A stretch of DNA of 64,000 nt from Eledone cirrhosa (taxonomy: Eukaryota), in contig OZ024740.1 in assembly GCA_964016885.1 (NCBI GenBank), positions 427,304,001-427,368,000 on the forward strand, given 5' to 3'. The translations under genes were made by a program, and so were the position numbers. Numbering within the stretch: position 1 is the stretch's first letter; every line of letters begins with the position of its first letter. A model generated the notes under the pieces. It was not told the DNA's origin and ran no database searches. It saw only the letters and a program-made list of their open reading frames with translations. This document shows, one piece after another, positions 39,157 to 58,046 of the stretch.

Positions 39157-40360
39157 CTCTCTCTCTATCACTACAATTACCTCCCTTTATATCACTCTTC
39201 TACTACATCTACCGCTGTCTCCACCTTCCACATTCTCCTTCTCTTCTCTCTCTCTATCACTACAATTACCTCCCTTTATATCACTCTTCTACTACATCTA
39301 CCGCTGTCTCCACCTTCCACATTCTCCTTCTCTTCTCTCTCTCTATCACTACAATTACCTCCCTTTATATCACTCTTCTACTACATATACCGTTGTCTCC
39401 ACCTTCCACATTCTCCTTCTCTTCTCTCTCTCGTTCACTACAATTACCTCCCCTTATGTCACTCTTCTACTACATCTACCGCTGTCTCCACCTTCCACAT
39501 TCTCCTTCTCTTCTCTCTCTCGTTCACTACAATTACCTCCCCTTATGTCACTCTTCTACTACATATACCGTTGTCTCCACCTTCCACATTCTCCTTCTCT
39601 TCTCTCTCTCTCTCGTTCACTACAATTACCTCCCCTTATATCACTCTTCTACTACATCTACCGCTGTCTCCACCTTCCACATTCTCCTTCTCTTCTCTCT
39701 CTCTCTCGTTCACTACAATTACCTCCCCTTATACCACTATTCTACTACATCTACCGCAGTCTCCACCTTCCACATTCTCCTTCTCTTCTCTCTCTCTCTC
39801 GTTCACTACAATTACCTCCCCTTATTTCACTCTTCTACTACATCTACCGCAGTCTCCACCTTCCACATTCTCCTTCTCTTCTCTCTCTCTCTCGTTCACT
39901 ACAATTACCTCCCCTTATTTCACTCTTCTACTACATCTACCGCAGTCTCCACCTTCCACATTCTCCTTCTCTTCTCTCTCTCTCTCGTTCACTACAATTA
40001 CCTCCCCTTATACCACTATTCTACTACATCTACCGCAGTCTCCACCTTCCACATTCTCCTTCTCTTCTCTCTCTCTCTCGTTCACTACAATTACCTCCCC
40101 TTATACCACTATTCTACTACATCTACCGCAGTCTCCACCTTCCACATTCTCCTTCTCTTCTCTCTCTCTCTCGTTCACTACAATTACCTCCCCTTATTTC
40201 ACTCTTCTACTACATCTACCGCAGTCTCCACCTTCCACATTCTCCTTCTCTTCTCTCTCTCTCTCGTTCACTACAATTACCTCCCCTTATTTCACTCTTC
40301 TACTACATCTACCGCTGTCTCCACCTTCCACATTCTCCTTCTCTTCTCTCTCTCGTTCAC
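39157..40360 (+). repeat. Pyrimidine-rich minisatellite, about 13 units of 89 bp then 93 bp
   Basis: CACTACAATTACCTCCC recurs every 89 bp from 39169 to 39525, then every 93 bp. Confidence 0.95.
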
Positions 40361-40779
40361 GTATTAACCATTCTTTGTACTACTTTCCATAAATCCTTCC
40401 TATATTCTCATCTGAAGCTAGTTCGAATCCTTTAAAAGCCGTATCGATCTAATCTAGAGAGCAGTCAATACCTTCCCAGAAAGCTATTCTCAAACCGATC
40501 ATGATCAAAGACAATATATCTTGGATCAGAGTTTTAGATTATTCCACTATGATACGATGCTAATCTCATACGCTCAACCTCTCTACCCCCCCTCTCTCTT
40601 ACCATCTTTACTCTTTTCATTCCCTTCTGCTTAGTTTACTTATTTATTTATTCATTATTAAGTGTTTTCTTTTCTTTAGTTTCTTTTCTTTAGTGTTTTT
40701 TGTTTTTCATTTGCTTATCATACTTTTCGTGGTCTATTATTCATACTGAAACAGGCGCACATATATATATGTAGGTATA

Positions 40780-40845
<66 letters not shown>

Positions 40846-40869
40846 CGTGTGTGTGTGTGTGTGTGCGTG

Positions 40870-40902
<33 letters not shown>

Positions 40903-41624
40903 ATGTGTGTTTATGTATATATATATATATATGTAAATATACATACATATATACACACACACATATATATATATACATATTTACATTTATCTTCACATAA
41001 AAACTCATATATACATATGTATATATGCATGTATGTATATCTCATTTACTCTTCATAATATTCTTTTCCCATTGTGTACATTCTATTTTCTCTTGTTTCC
41101 AAGTCTTCCTCTCTCTACACACGTGTTTGTCTTACTGCCAATATTTATACATTTGTCTCTTCTTGTCTTGCTATGTATACACACCTGCATGTCTAACTAT
41201 CTACCTAACGTGCCACAGAGAAGTATTTTATTTGGTCACTTGACACGCTAAAAATAACAGCCAATTGTACCTCCAATCATACCCAAAGTCTTATAAATGG
41301 ACTCGTCTCATTAAGTTGATCTACGTTCTTCGAATTTGGAACAACATGAGACGTGGTTGCCTGAAATTCCTTTGATTAATAGGTCTATTTTATCTCAAGC
41401 TGCTTTAGGATATATAAGTATAGAGTAATATCTATATAGAGAAATTTATATAAACATACATATTAAATGTTTTGCTATATATAAGCACACACAAACACTT
41501 ACATTCACACACACACCCACATACCCACATACCCACACACACACACACATCCACACACACACACACGCACGCGCTCTCTCTCGCTCTCTTTCTCGCTCAC
41601 TCTCTCTCACACACACACATATAT

Positions 41625-41942
41625 ATTTATTACTAACATTCTATGATAGCTTGCTTGCTTGTCTGTAATGTAATGCAACCGAAACGGCGCATAATGGGAA
41701 AATACTTTGAAAGAAAGTTGCCCCTGAATTGGGATTGCAAATGGAGAATAAAACAAGTTTCGCGAAAATCGGACCATGGATTCCGGAGGTGTCGGATTTT
41801 ACCGGGTACCTTCATAAACAAAGAAAGAGAGATAGAGGGGAAGAGATGGTGTTTCTGACAGAGTAGATTGAAAGGGAGACATAGAGAGATGGAGAGGAGT
41901 CCGAAAAGGAGAATGGAAGAGAGAGAGCTGGCAGTGTTGCTG

Positions 41943-42022
<80 letters not shown>

Positions 42023-42278
42023 CATGTGTGTGTGCCTATGACCTTTTTTTATAGATCACAGAAACCCACATATATATACACACACACACATATATATTTG
42101 TATACACACATTTATATATTAACATATACACACGTATATATAGGGGCCTTCCAGTTTCATTTCACATTATATACATGTTTGTGTATATTTTAATTATTTA
42201 ATAATTATTTTTAAGTGAACATGATTTTAAACAAATATTTTGAAGTGAACGTAACCGAATGGGTCACAGGTGGTCTAG
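41625..42278 (+). mobile_element. Probable non-autonomous Helitron-like element
   Basis: Ends ...GGGTCACAGGTGGTCTAG|T; 5' part has (GCTT)n/GTCTGT microsatellite; 5' boundary uncertain and 3' hairpin weak. Confidence 0.45.
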
Positions 42279-42289
42279 TATGAATTAAA

Positions 42290-42577
42290 AATGACAAAGG
42301 CGCTGTGTGGTTACACATATATATTATTTAAAAAGTGTAGGAGAAACACAAACGAAAGGACAATTCCTTCTCTTTGGCTGTCTGGTGTGGGTCGGTGATG
42401 TTTCGACGCATTAAAGACAGTACATCTCACCATAGTGCGTTAATAACTAAGGTGAATAAGTATCAGGGGAGAAAACAACAAAGAAACAGAGACGATAGGG
42501 AAGAGAGCGACAGAAAAAGAAAATAAACAAAAGCAAATCATACCGATAGAGAGGTGGAAACACGAGACAGTAGTACC

Positions 42578-42580
<3 letters not shown>
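42290..42580 (-). mobile_element. Diverged relative of the 43048-43794 terminal repeat
   Basis: Shares CCTCTCTA(T)CGGT near the start and a collinear TTAGTTATTA..GCAC....GTGAG........T.TTTAATGC...GAAA.ATC block; strand assigned by analogy only. Confidence 0.6.
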
Positions 42581-42652
<72 letters not shown>

Positions 42653-42766
42653 CTGTGTGTGTGTAATCTGAGTTTTTTCGAATATTAATAATAGTATTCG
42701 ATTCGTTTGCAATTATACAAACAACACTCATTTTTAAAGCCATGTCAATAGAATGAGCCCATTTTT

Positions 42767-42808
<42 letters not shown>

Positions 42809-42810
<2 letters not shown>

Positions 42811-43005
42811 CGAAGGAGGTCTGGTAAGGAACCAGATGGACCATAACGCACCAGAGTACTCAATACTTAGGGTAGTCGAGTGGGTAATAGGAAAATGTTT
42901 AACCCCGACGGCAGAACTCGAGCCCTTTCGACGGCTATTTCTGGAGTTCAGAAATAGCCATCGAAACGGCTTGAGCTCTGCCTTCGGGGTCAAATATTTT
43001 CCTAT
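42809..43005. mobile_element. Small fold-back insertion: 57-bp arms (42887-42943 / 42949-43005), 5-nt loop, one-sided tail 42809-42886
   Basis: About 7 mismatches in 57 bp; (TA)n on both sides; the tail shares AGAGTACTCAA with the 5.4 kb element. Confidence 0.7.
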
Positions 43006-43008
43006 ATA

Positions 43009-48460
<5,452 letters not shown>

Positions 48461-48481
48461 GTGTAATAAACAATACAATAT

Positions 48482-48559
48482 AATTACCTCATTACCAGAG
48501 GTTTCCAGAATAAGACGAATACAAGAAACGTCCTCATTTGTTTGTCGGACGAGGCAATT
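48482..48559 (-). ncRNA. Degenerate type I hammerhead-like motif
   Basis: Stem I AATTGCCTCGT/ATGAGGTAATT; core CCGACAA instead of CTGANGA; stem II AATGAGGACG/CGTCTTATT; GAAA-CC-TCT-GG-TA. Confidence 0.5.
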
Positions 48560-49335
48560 TAAAACATAGTGAAATATTTGAAAAATCTCCTCAAGAAAGG
48601 CAAAAGTTTAACGGGCAAAAAAATATATAAATAAAAGTAATGCAAGAGATATATAAAAATAAAATAAGGAAATATAGTTAGGGTATGTGTATAAATGTGT
48701 GTATATTCACTCACAAATGTACATATGTGTGTATGTACAAATGTATGTGTATAGGGAAAAAATGTGTGCGTAAGTACATATATGAGGGCAAGCATATCAG
48801 TGTATGTGTGACCACAAATACGTATATAATATATGTTGAAAAAGAAATTGTAAGACAATAGAGTAAACGTACATCCAGACTCAGGTACTAAGGATTGAAA
48901 TATATACACATACAAGTATGAAAGCACGCGTACAAACACACACACACGCGCAACCACATATATGCGAGTGATATATACAGGGAAGGTAGTGTCTCAGTCA
49001 AAGCAGTGTCAGGCTGAAGGTCGATACATATATAAAAATGAAAAAATGAAAAAATATATGAGAATAAAAAAATTAAATCAAAGAGAAAGTAAGAGGGAGG
49101 GGTTATCAATTATAAAGTAACACTAGAAAAAATAGAAAACATACATAGGTTCGTACGTAAACATATATATATATAAATATATATATATAAATACGTACTG
49201 GCAAAAGCACATACATGCGTACACACATACAAAGGCGCGCATACATACACACGAAGCACATATATATATACGTACATGTACATCTAATCACACGCATGCA
49301 CGCGACTATATATATATACACACACATATACATAC

Positions 49336-49395
<60 letters not shown>

Positions 49396-49863
49396 ATATA
49401 CATATACATACCCATACATATATATAAAAGTATGTAAAAACATAGATATAAAAACACACATATATACACACACACGCGCACATACGTATGCTTTCGTATA
49501 CATATACAAACACGCATACACACACATGCACGCTCACACGCATAGATACAATATAAAAACCAGCCGTATGAATAAATGAGTACAAATTTTACGCAAGTAA
49601 ATATACATACAAGCGGCTGAGAGACAGTAGAATATGTCTGGAGTTGAAAACGCAAGTGACATGTGATACCAGGTAGTGAAAGAAAATGGGGTAGTAAAAT
49701 ATGTAAAATTTTGAAGATATAAAGTAAGTGAATCAAAAAGCAGCGGGGGGGGGGGATCACTGGTGGATGTGAAGTAAAAATAAAAGTTAAAAATAAAAAT
49801 AAAAGTAAATCAGAAAGAGAAGTCTGTAAAGAGGGTAATTCAAGCAAAGAGAAGAACAAGAGT

Positions 49864-50722
49864 TTATGGAGGATAAGTATCTGAAAGTGAGTTAAGTTTA
49901 TATGAGCTGGAAAGCAAGTGTGGTTTCATGTGTGGGCAACTAGTGAAAATTTCTGTTTTTTCATTTAGGCAGGTTTTTGGTGATTTGTTGTTCTGTAAAA
50001 TCCAATATTTTTCACTTATGCAGAGTGCGCATCTTCTTGTTCCTCTTGCATATTCTTTAGATTGGTTCAAAATTGAACAATCTAATTTATATTAAAATCC
50101 AACATTTTTCACTTATGCAGAGTGCGCATCTTCTTGTTCCTCTTGCATATTCTTTAGATTGGTTCAAAATTGAACAATCTAATTTATATTGGATACCTTG
50201 GTCTTTCAAATCCCATATTCTGCTAGCCAGAACTGTTGTAAATCTTTTTTCAGGATGTCGGAAAGATACGACATGTGAGTAATAACGCGTTTTGAATTTG
50301 TCTTGTGTCATACCCACATATCGTTCGATGGTGGCTGGTAGATTGTTGCTGGTGGTTGTCACTTTAGCCGCATATACAATGGCTTTGGTGTTGCATTTAT
50401 CTTGTAATGAGCATTCACTTTTGACTCTACAGGAGCAATTTTGATGTTCTCTGGGTATTTTCTTATTGAGGATATAAGATTTAATAGGGGGACCGCAGGA
50501 GTAGGTGATTTTGACACAGTTTCTATTGAAGATCTTATAGTATGTATGTGTTCTAGGGAAATGTTTATGTAAGAGCTCTATGAATGTTTTGCCTACATTA
50601 GTTTTAACTGCTAAAGAGTAGGAGTGTGTGAACCAGATTATTTTTCTTTTCCTATTATTAGGTTTAAAGGAGTTAGTATTCTTGGGTATGTACTTAATCG
50701 GTTCGCTAAATCCGCTATATCT
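49864..50722 (-). pseudogene. PLE ORF remnant: linker, Cys-rich region and GIY-YIG endonuclease
   Basis: Open frame RKRKIIWF...VGKTFIELLHKHFP...KIFNRNCVKITYSC...CSCRVKSECSLQDKC...IVYAAKV...YVGMT..KFKTRYYSH..SF...CALCISEK...LNEKTEIFTSCPH; broken by a 97-bp tandem duplication. Confidence 0.88.
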
Positions 50723-50757
50723 ATGTTTTTTACATACATTTATATATATATGTGGGA

Positions 50758-50831
<74 letters not shown>

Positions 50832-50839
<8 letters not shown>

Positions 50840-51166
50840 CGTAAAATAAGAAAATTATAAAATTAACTTACTTACTAAAATATCACTTCCAACTAATTGG
50901 TTTCTGGAATGGAGTAAATATATTTTCCGAAGAAGATATAATTAAACATTCCGTCGTCAGGGAAGTCTATTCTCAGCTAAGTTTCCAGGCAAAGCGAGGA
51001 CTCTGGAAACTTATTAAAAAATAATTCAGTGGATAGGAAATAGCAAAGCGTGGACTGAATTCCTAGCCATTGAGAAAACCACTGCCTCTGCGTCTGTGAC
51101 AAAACCTATATATTTGCTAGCATTGATATGCATCTGTATGTATATATATGTTACTAGATATTAATT

Positions 51167-51170
<4 letters not shown>
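50832..51170 (-). mobile_element. Terminal fragment of a different PLE family nested in the (TA)n of PLE #1's inverted arm
   Basis: Unique sequence absent from the mirror arm; contains a hammerhead; (TA)n on both sides. Confidence 0.7.
50885..50966 (-). ncRNA. Type I hammerhead ribozyme motif
   Basis: Stem I ACTTCC/GGAAGT; core CTGACGA; stem II GGAATG/CATTCC with long extension; GAAA-C-CAATTA-G-TT; triplet GUU. Confidence 0.8.
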
Positions 51171-51246
<76 letters not shown>

Positions 51247-51988
51247 ATATATATATAGTCGCGTGCGTGCGTGTGATTATATGTACATGTACGTATATAT
51301 ATATGTGCTTCGTGTGTATGTATGCGCGCCTTTGTATGTGTGTACGCATGTATGTGCTTTTGTCTGTACGTATTTATATATATATATTTATATATATATA
51401 TGTGTACGTACGAACCTACGTATGTTTTCTATTTTTTCTAGTGTTACTTTATAATCGATAACCCCTCCCTCTTACTTTCTCTTTGATTTAATTTTTTTAT
51501 TCTCATATATTTTTTCATTTTTTCATTTTTATATATGTATCGACCTTCAGCCTGACACTGCTTTGACTGAGACACTACCTTCCCTGTATATATCACTCGC
51601 ATATATGTGGTTGCGCGTGTGTGTGTGTTTATACGCGTGCTTTCATACTTGTATGTGTATATATTTCAATCCTTAGTACCTGAGTCTGGATGTACGTTTA
51701 CTCTATTATCTTACAATTTCTTTTTCAACATATATTATATACGTATTTGTGGTCACACATACACTGATATGATTGCCCTCATATATGTACTTACGCACAC
51801 ATTTTTTCACTATACACATACATTTGTACATACACACATATGTACATTTGTGAGTGAATATACACACATTTATACACATACACTAACTATATTTCCTTAT
51901 TTTATTTTTATATATCTGTTGCATTACTTTTGCCCGTTAAACTTTTGCCTTTCTTGAGGAGATTTTTCAAATATTTCACTATGTTTTA

Positions 51989-52062
51989 AATTGCCTCGTC
52001 CGACAAACGAGGACGTTTCTTCTATTCGTCTTATTCGGGAAACCTCTGGTAATGATGTAATT
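51989..52062 (+). ncRNA. Degenerate hammerhead-like motif (mirror copy of 48482-48559)
   Basis: Same layout and the same CCGACAA core; small deletion in stem II. Confidence 0.45.
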
Positions 52063-52161
52063 ATATTGTATTGTTTATTATACATTAAATTTATCTCTGG
52101 TACTTACATAGAGCACTCTTCACTCCTATGACTTTTTCAATTTTCAACGGAAACTTCAATA

Positions 52162-52289
<128 letters not shown>

Positions 52290-52600
52290 ATACATATATA
52301 TATATATATTTATATTTATATATGTGTGTGTGTGTGTGTGAAAACAGAGAGAAAACGGTGATTATTAGGAAGAAAAATATGTTTTTCCCTTTTTATTTAT
52401 ATCCCTCTTTTTTCTGGGTTAGAAAATTATTAAAACAAAACATTTTACTTTGTATGAAGTGTTAAGGTATTAGTTGATTTATTTATTAATTAAGAATTGG
52501 ATTTATTTATTTATTTATATATTTAATAATTGTCTATTACTGGTTTCAGCATTTTTATGCATTATGAAATGATAGTGATATATATATACATATAAATATG

Positions 52601-52809
<209 letters not shown>

Positions 52810-52938
52810 TTATATATATATATATATACTTATATATATATATATATATATATATACTTATATATATATATATATATAAAATATTAAACAAATAATGAAT
52901 AAAACAATGAAACAGTTCCTTATATTAAACAAAAAAAG

Positions 52939-53092
52939 TTCATTATTTAACGATCGTTTCTAGGATATATATGTGTTAGAATTGGCATGCATATTCAACA
53001 GATCTATGTACAAAATTATACAAAATTATACAAACTATCAAGATTAAATATACATACCAACACATATATACGCCGTCTTCAGAAATAATGAA
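52939..53092 (-). ncRNA. Type I hammerhead ribozyme motif with very long stem II
   Basis: 10-bp stem I TTCATTATTT/AAATAATGAA; core CTGAAGA; stem II TATATATGTGTTGG/CTAACACATATATA enclosing a long loop; GAAA; palindromic stem III ACGATCGT; triplet GUU. Confidence 0.85.
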
Positions 53093-53711
53093 ATATATTT
53101 ATTGATAATAACAACAATTCAAAATTTCAGGTCCGTTTGGGAACAAAATTGACCAATGAAAATACAAAAGGTTTTATGCAGTTCGGTGTGTGTATATACA
53201 TGTAACTACCCCGTACACATATTTATACAAAAATGTATGCTCAACATGCATACGCATGCCAAAAAGATGCATGCAAATACAAAATTTCAAGGTTAATGTC
53301 TCTGTAAGTTTATAATGCACAGATAAGATGCGTATAGACACATAAATATGAAATAAGTGTATACACATATTCTCATACTCACACATATCCGTACAATCAC
53401 ACACACACGCGCGTATATGCATAAACATACACATAATTACGAACATACATACACACACACACCCCCACACACATATATATATGTGGATATAATATTATCA
53501 TAAGCACATGGATATTAATTCACTCACATAAACACTGCCACACACATTTAGATCAAGATACAGAAATTAGGTGGGAGGGGGGGAGAGGTCAGTATTCAAC
53601 GGTTTGGGCAGACTGCTTATTTATAGATGTATCTATAAACTAAGAAATAAAAAATAAAAATTAAAAAGGAAAGAAAAGAAAAAGAAAAAAAAAAAGAAAT
53701 ATATCAAGAAA

Positions 53712-53776
<65 letters not shown>

Positions 53777-54175
53777 CACACATCTACACTTTGAACATAC
53801 ATACACACACATATATAAACATATACATATACACACATACACACATATACACACATACATATAAATATATATATATATATATACACACACATATATACAC
53901 ATATAATCACACATACATATATAGACACACATATATATACACATACACGCACATATACATACACATACATACTTATATACATACAGATATACACATACAT
54001 ACCTATATATACACACAAATACATACAGACATACATACATACATACATACACACAAATACTTACGCATCCATATATCGGTATATACATACAAACACCACT
54101 ACACTCTCACACAACTCAGACATACAAAGAAAAAGGTATATACCTATACACATATACATATACAAATAGAGATAC

Positions 54176-54207
<32 letters not shown>

Positions 54208-54420
54208 ATATATATATATATATATACATACACATATACACACATATATATACATACACATACATACATGTACACACACATACATATACATACATACACA
54301 CATACACACATACATATATAGTCATACACACACATACACCTACACGAACATACACATACACATATATAAAGATATATATACACACACACACATACACACA
54401 CACACATATATATAAAATAA

Positions 54421-54473
<53 letters not shown>

Positions 54474-55030
54474 CACATATATATAGACATATATGTACAT
54501 ACATACACATACATACATACATATACACACATATATATATATATATATACACACATAGATACATACATACATACACACACAACATACATACACACACATA
54601 TATACTCATACATAGACATAGATATATATTCATACATACATACGCACTTACATATACTCATATATACAAATACATACGCATCCATATATGCGTATATACA
54701 TACAAACACCACTACACTCTCACACAACTCAGACATACAAAGAAAAAGGTATATACATATACATATATACACACATTAATAGAGATACATATACACATAT
54801 ATATATATATATATATATACACATACATTTATATATATACACCCACACACACATACAACCATAAACACACATACAAACACACACATACACACATATATAC
54901 ATATATATATATACACACACACAAAAAACACACATACACATATATATTTTTACACATATATATACACATATATATACATATACACACCCTCACATATACA
55001 CACATACACATAAGTTATATTATAATAATA

Positions 55031-55067
<37 letters not shown>

Positions 55068-55100
55068 CGAATATAGACATATATACACACATAGATATAC

Positions 55101-55131
<31 letters not shown>

Positions 55132-55314
55132 CACACACTCACATATATATGTGCGCACACGTACATATATACACATACACACATATACACATAAACACAT
55201 ACATGTGCATACATGTACATACACACATATACCCACATAGATACGAAGATAGACATATATATAGAGAGACATACATATATATACACACATATATATATAT
55301 ACATACATACACAC

Positions 55315-55347
<33 letters not shown>

Positions 55348-56147
55348 TACACGCCCACACACATATAGACATATACACATATATATATATATATATACAT
55401 ATACACATATATATACACATGCATATATACACATATATATATACATAGACACATTTATATACACACAATCTTACATTCTTATTTGCATGCGCATATATGT
55501 ATTTTTATATTCAGATATAAATACCCAAACATATATACACCTACCTACATATATATTCATACATACACGCTTACAAACACAGATGATAATAGTATGGGGG
55601 AAAGGGGGGGGGGGGGGTGGAGAAGGGGATTATAGTAAATATATGTTTCAAGAAACATAGAATATTATCTGTATCTGGATCCAATGTATGTTTTTACATA
55701 GTTTCAGTGTTAGGAAATACAAGAAATAAGGCAAAATTTATGCATTTCAAAATAAATATACCATTAATTATATGTTAACTAAACTAAAGATAGTTAACAT
55801 ATTGATTTCTAAGGTGTAAATTAGTTAGGTTTATAATATTTGAAGCAGAATTTTGAAGTTAAATAGTAGTAGAGTATTAATTATAGTATAACTAAATTAA
55901 AGTTATTAACGTTATGGTATCAATATTAGGAAATGAATTTAGTAATAGGGAAAAAACAAATAAAGTATTACATCGGTAGTAGAATATAAATTATAGGTTA
56001 ACTAAATTAAAAATTATATATTAATTTCTATAGTATATGTTAATTAGGTATATAATAAATAAAACAGATATTGTATTTTATCAATAGCAGAATATAATTA
56101 TATGCAAATAGAAATCAAAATTAATACATATACATATACATATACAT

Positions 56148-56218
<71 letters not shown>

Positions 56219-56706
56219 TACACATACATATACATACATACATATACATATTTTTTCAAAAATTGCAAAGAATATATTAACTAGGTATACATCCAAAACA
56301 CATCCCATTCTATGATTACATGACACTCTGCAATCCGTCTGTATAAGGATACTAATTTTAAGCCAATTAAATTAAATTTTTAGGTTGACTAAATTTAAAA
56401 CCAAATTATAAATATATTTCTAAAATGTATATTAATTAGGTCTATAATACTAAAAATTATTTCTCTGTCATTGGATACACGATATTTTGTTATATTTTAT
56501 CTGTAAAGGAATTTTAATAAAAGGTTTAAATAAATTAAAATTAATCTATAAATTAAATTACTAAGTATATATTAGTAATATTTAAAGGTTTTTCACAATT
56601 TATGATTACACAATATTTTATATTCTCATCTGTAGTAGAATTTTAATTAAATTAAATTTATAGGTTAACTAACATTTAAATTAAATTAATTTCTAAAATA
56701 ATGTTA

Positions 56707-57810
56707 TTAATTAGGTTTATAATATTTAAATGTTTTTTTTAGTTTATGATTACACGATATAATTAATTCCTGTCGTTTATTTAATAGGATATCCTTAGAT
56801 TTCATTATTTCAAATAGTTCTTGGGAACATAATCTACATTCATTTCTATTATTTTGATAAGGGGTGGCTCTTTTGAGCACACTCCAGGTCAAATCATATT
56901 CTATATTCTTATTTTTATAACTATTGATTTTTTCTGCTAGAGATGTTGTATTAGCCAGTGCGGCATTTTTAAAACTATGCTTGTGGGTATTAAACCTTGT
57001 CTTAAAATTGTTAGAGGTAGCTCCTATATACGATCAAATAGAATCTTTAGTTTTAACATTACATTTATAGACTATGTTGTTAACAAGACAATTCCCTTTT
57101 AATGGGCAGTTTGCTTTGTTTCTACAGTTACAACCTTTCGTTAATTCTGTATTTGAGGAGATATTATGGTTAATTTGATGTACTGGTGGTATACTTATGG
57201 TTTTCTTACATTTATATGCATTATAGGCACTTATATTTTGTTTTATGTTATTTGTTGTAGAGTATGAGAATTTAACTGTAGACCTATTTAAGATTTGATG
57301 GTATTTGTGGTTTGGCGGGAAGTTTTTCTCAAGGATATAAAAAAATTTTTTAGCAATATTATCCTTAATTTGTAAATTAAATGGAGCATTATACCAAGTA
57401 ACCCGTCTATTACGGTTTCTATGTTGTTTATTATTTTTATTATTTTTATAGGTTGTATCGTGATGTTTACTAGGAGGATTAATGTTAATGATCTCACCAC
57501 AACCATTTTTAGTTATATTTGTAGATTTAGGTGTTTTATCCTTTTTATTAGGAGTTTTATTATTAATACTTATTAGAGTTGTATGATGAGTAGTTTTTTG
57601 AGAGTTACTATATTTTATATTAGAAGATTTGGTATTTTGGGGTATAGTGTGGGTGGCATTTAGGTGTGTACTTTTCATTTGGTGTTTGTTGGTAATATTA
57701 GGTTGTATGCTTTTAGTATTTTTAGTAGAAGGTATATATTCTAATCTATTTTTGTGGCCACTTCTATCTAGAGCTTCGTTATAGAAGGTCGCATTTTTAT
57801 CAAATACATC
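56707..57810 (-). pseudogene. PLE ORF remnant: end of RT thumb, N/K/T-rich linker, Cys cluster and GIY-YIG endonuclease
   Basis: Single frame [11 protein letters not shown]...RRVTWYNAPF...KNFPPNHKYHQILNRSTVKFSYS...CNCRNKANCPLKGNCL..IVYKC...*SYIGATSNNFKTRFNTHKHSF...CRLCSQE...LLNKRQELIISCNH; one in-frame TGA at 57034-57036. Confidence 0.9.
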
Positions 57811-57901
57811 TTATATATCAAATATACTTATATATATACTTATATATATATATATATATATATATATACTTATATATACATCAAATATACTTATATATAT
57901 A

Positions 57902-58046
<145 letters not shown>

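Larger units (their letters stand above)
52880..57810 (-). mobile_element. PLE #2: 5'-truncated Penelope-like element with a ~3.8 kb microsatellite-rich 3' region ending in a hammerhead
   Basis: GIY-YIG ORF remnant and hammerhead on the same strand; same TATACTTATA-variant (TA)n on both flanks; continuity across 53.2-56.7 kb is inferred. Confidence 0.72.

Noticed and set aside
39134-40435. 273-433 aa ORFs with 31-aa repeats
   Set aside because: Open in all three frames because of a stop-free 93-bp unit; no codon-level signal; early 89-bp units switch frame
41190-41402. Possible old interspersed repeat (also 63845-63930)
   Set aside because: Single diverged copies in the window with no diagnostic ends
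42395-42440. Twister or HDV-like ribozyme assignment for the covarying motif
   Set aside because: Has UUUAAUGC and CGAA words but lacks the twister L4/GA elements and the HDV P3/P1.1 elements
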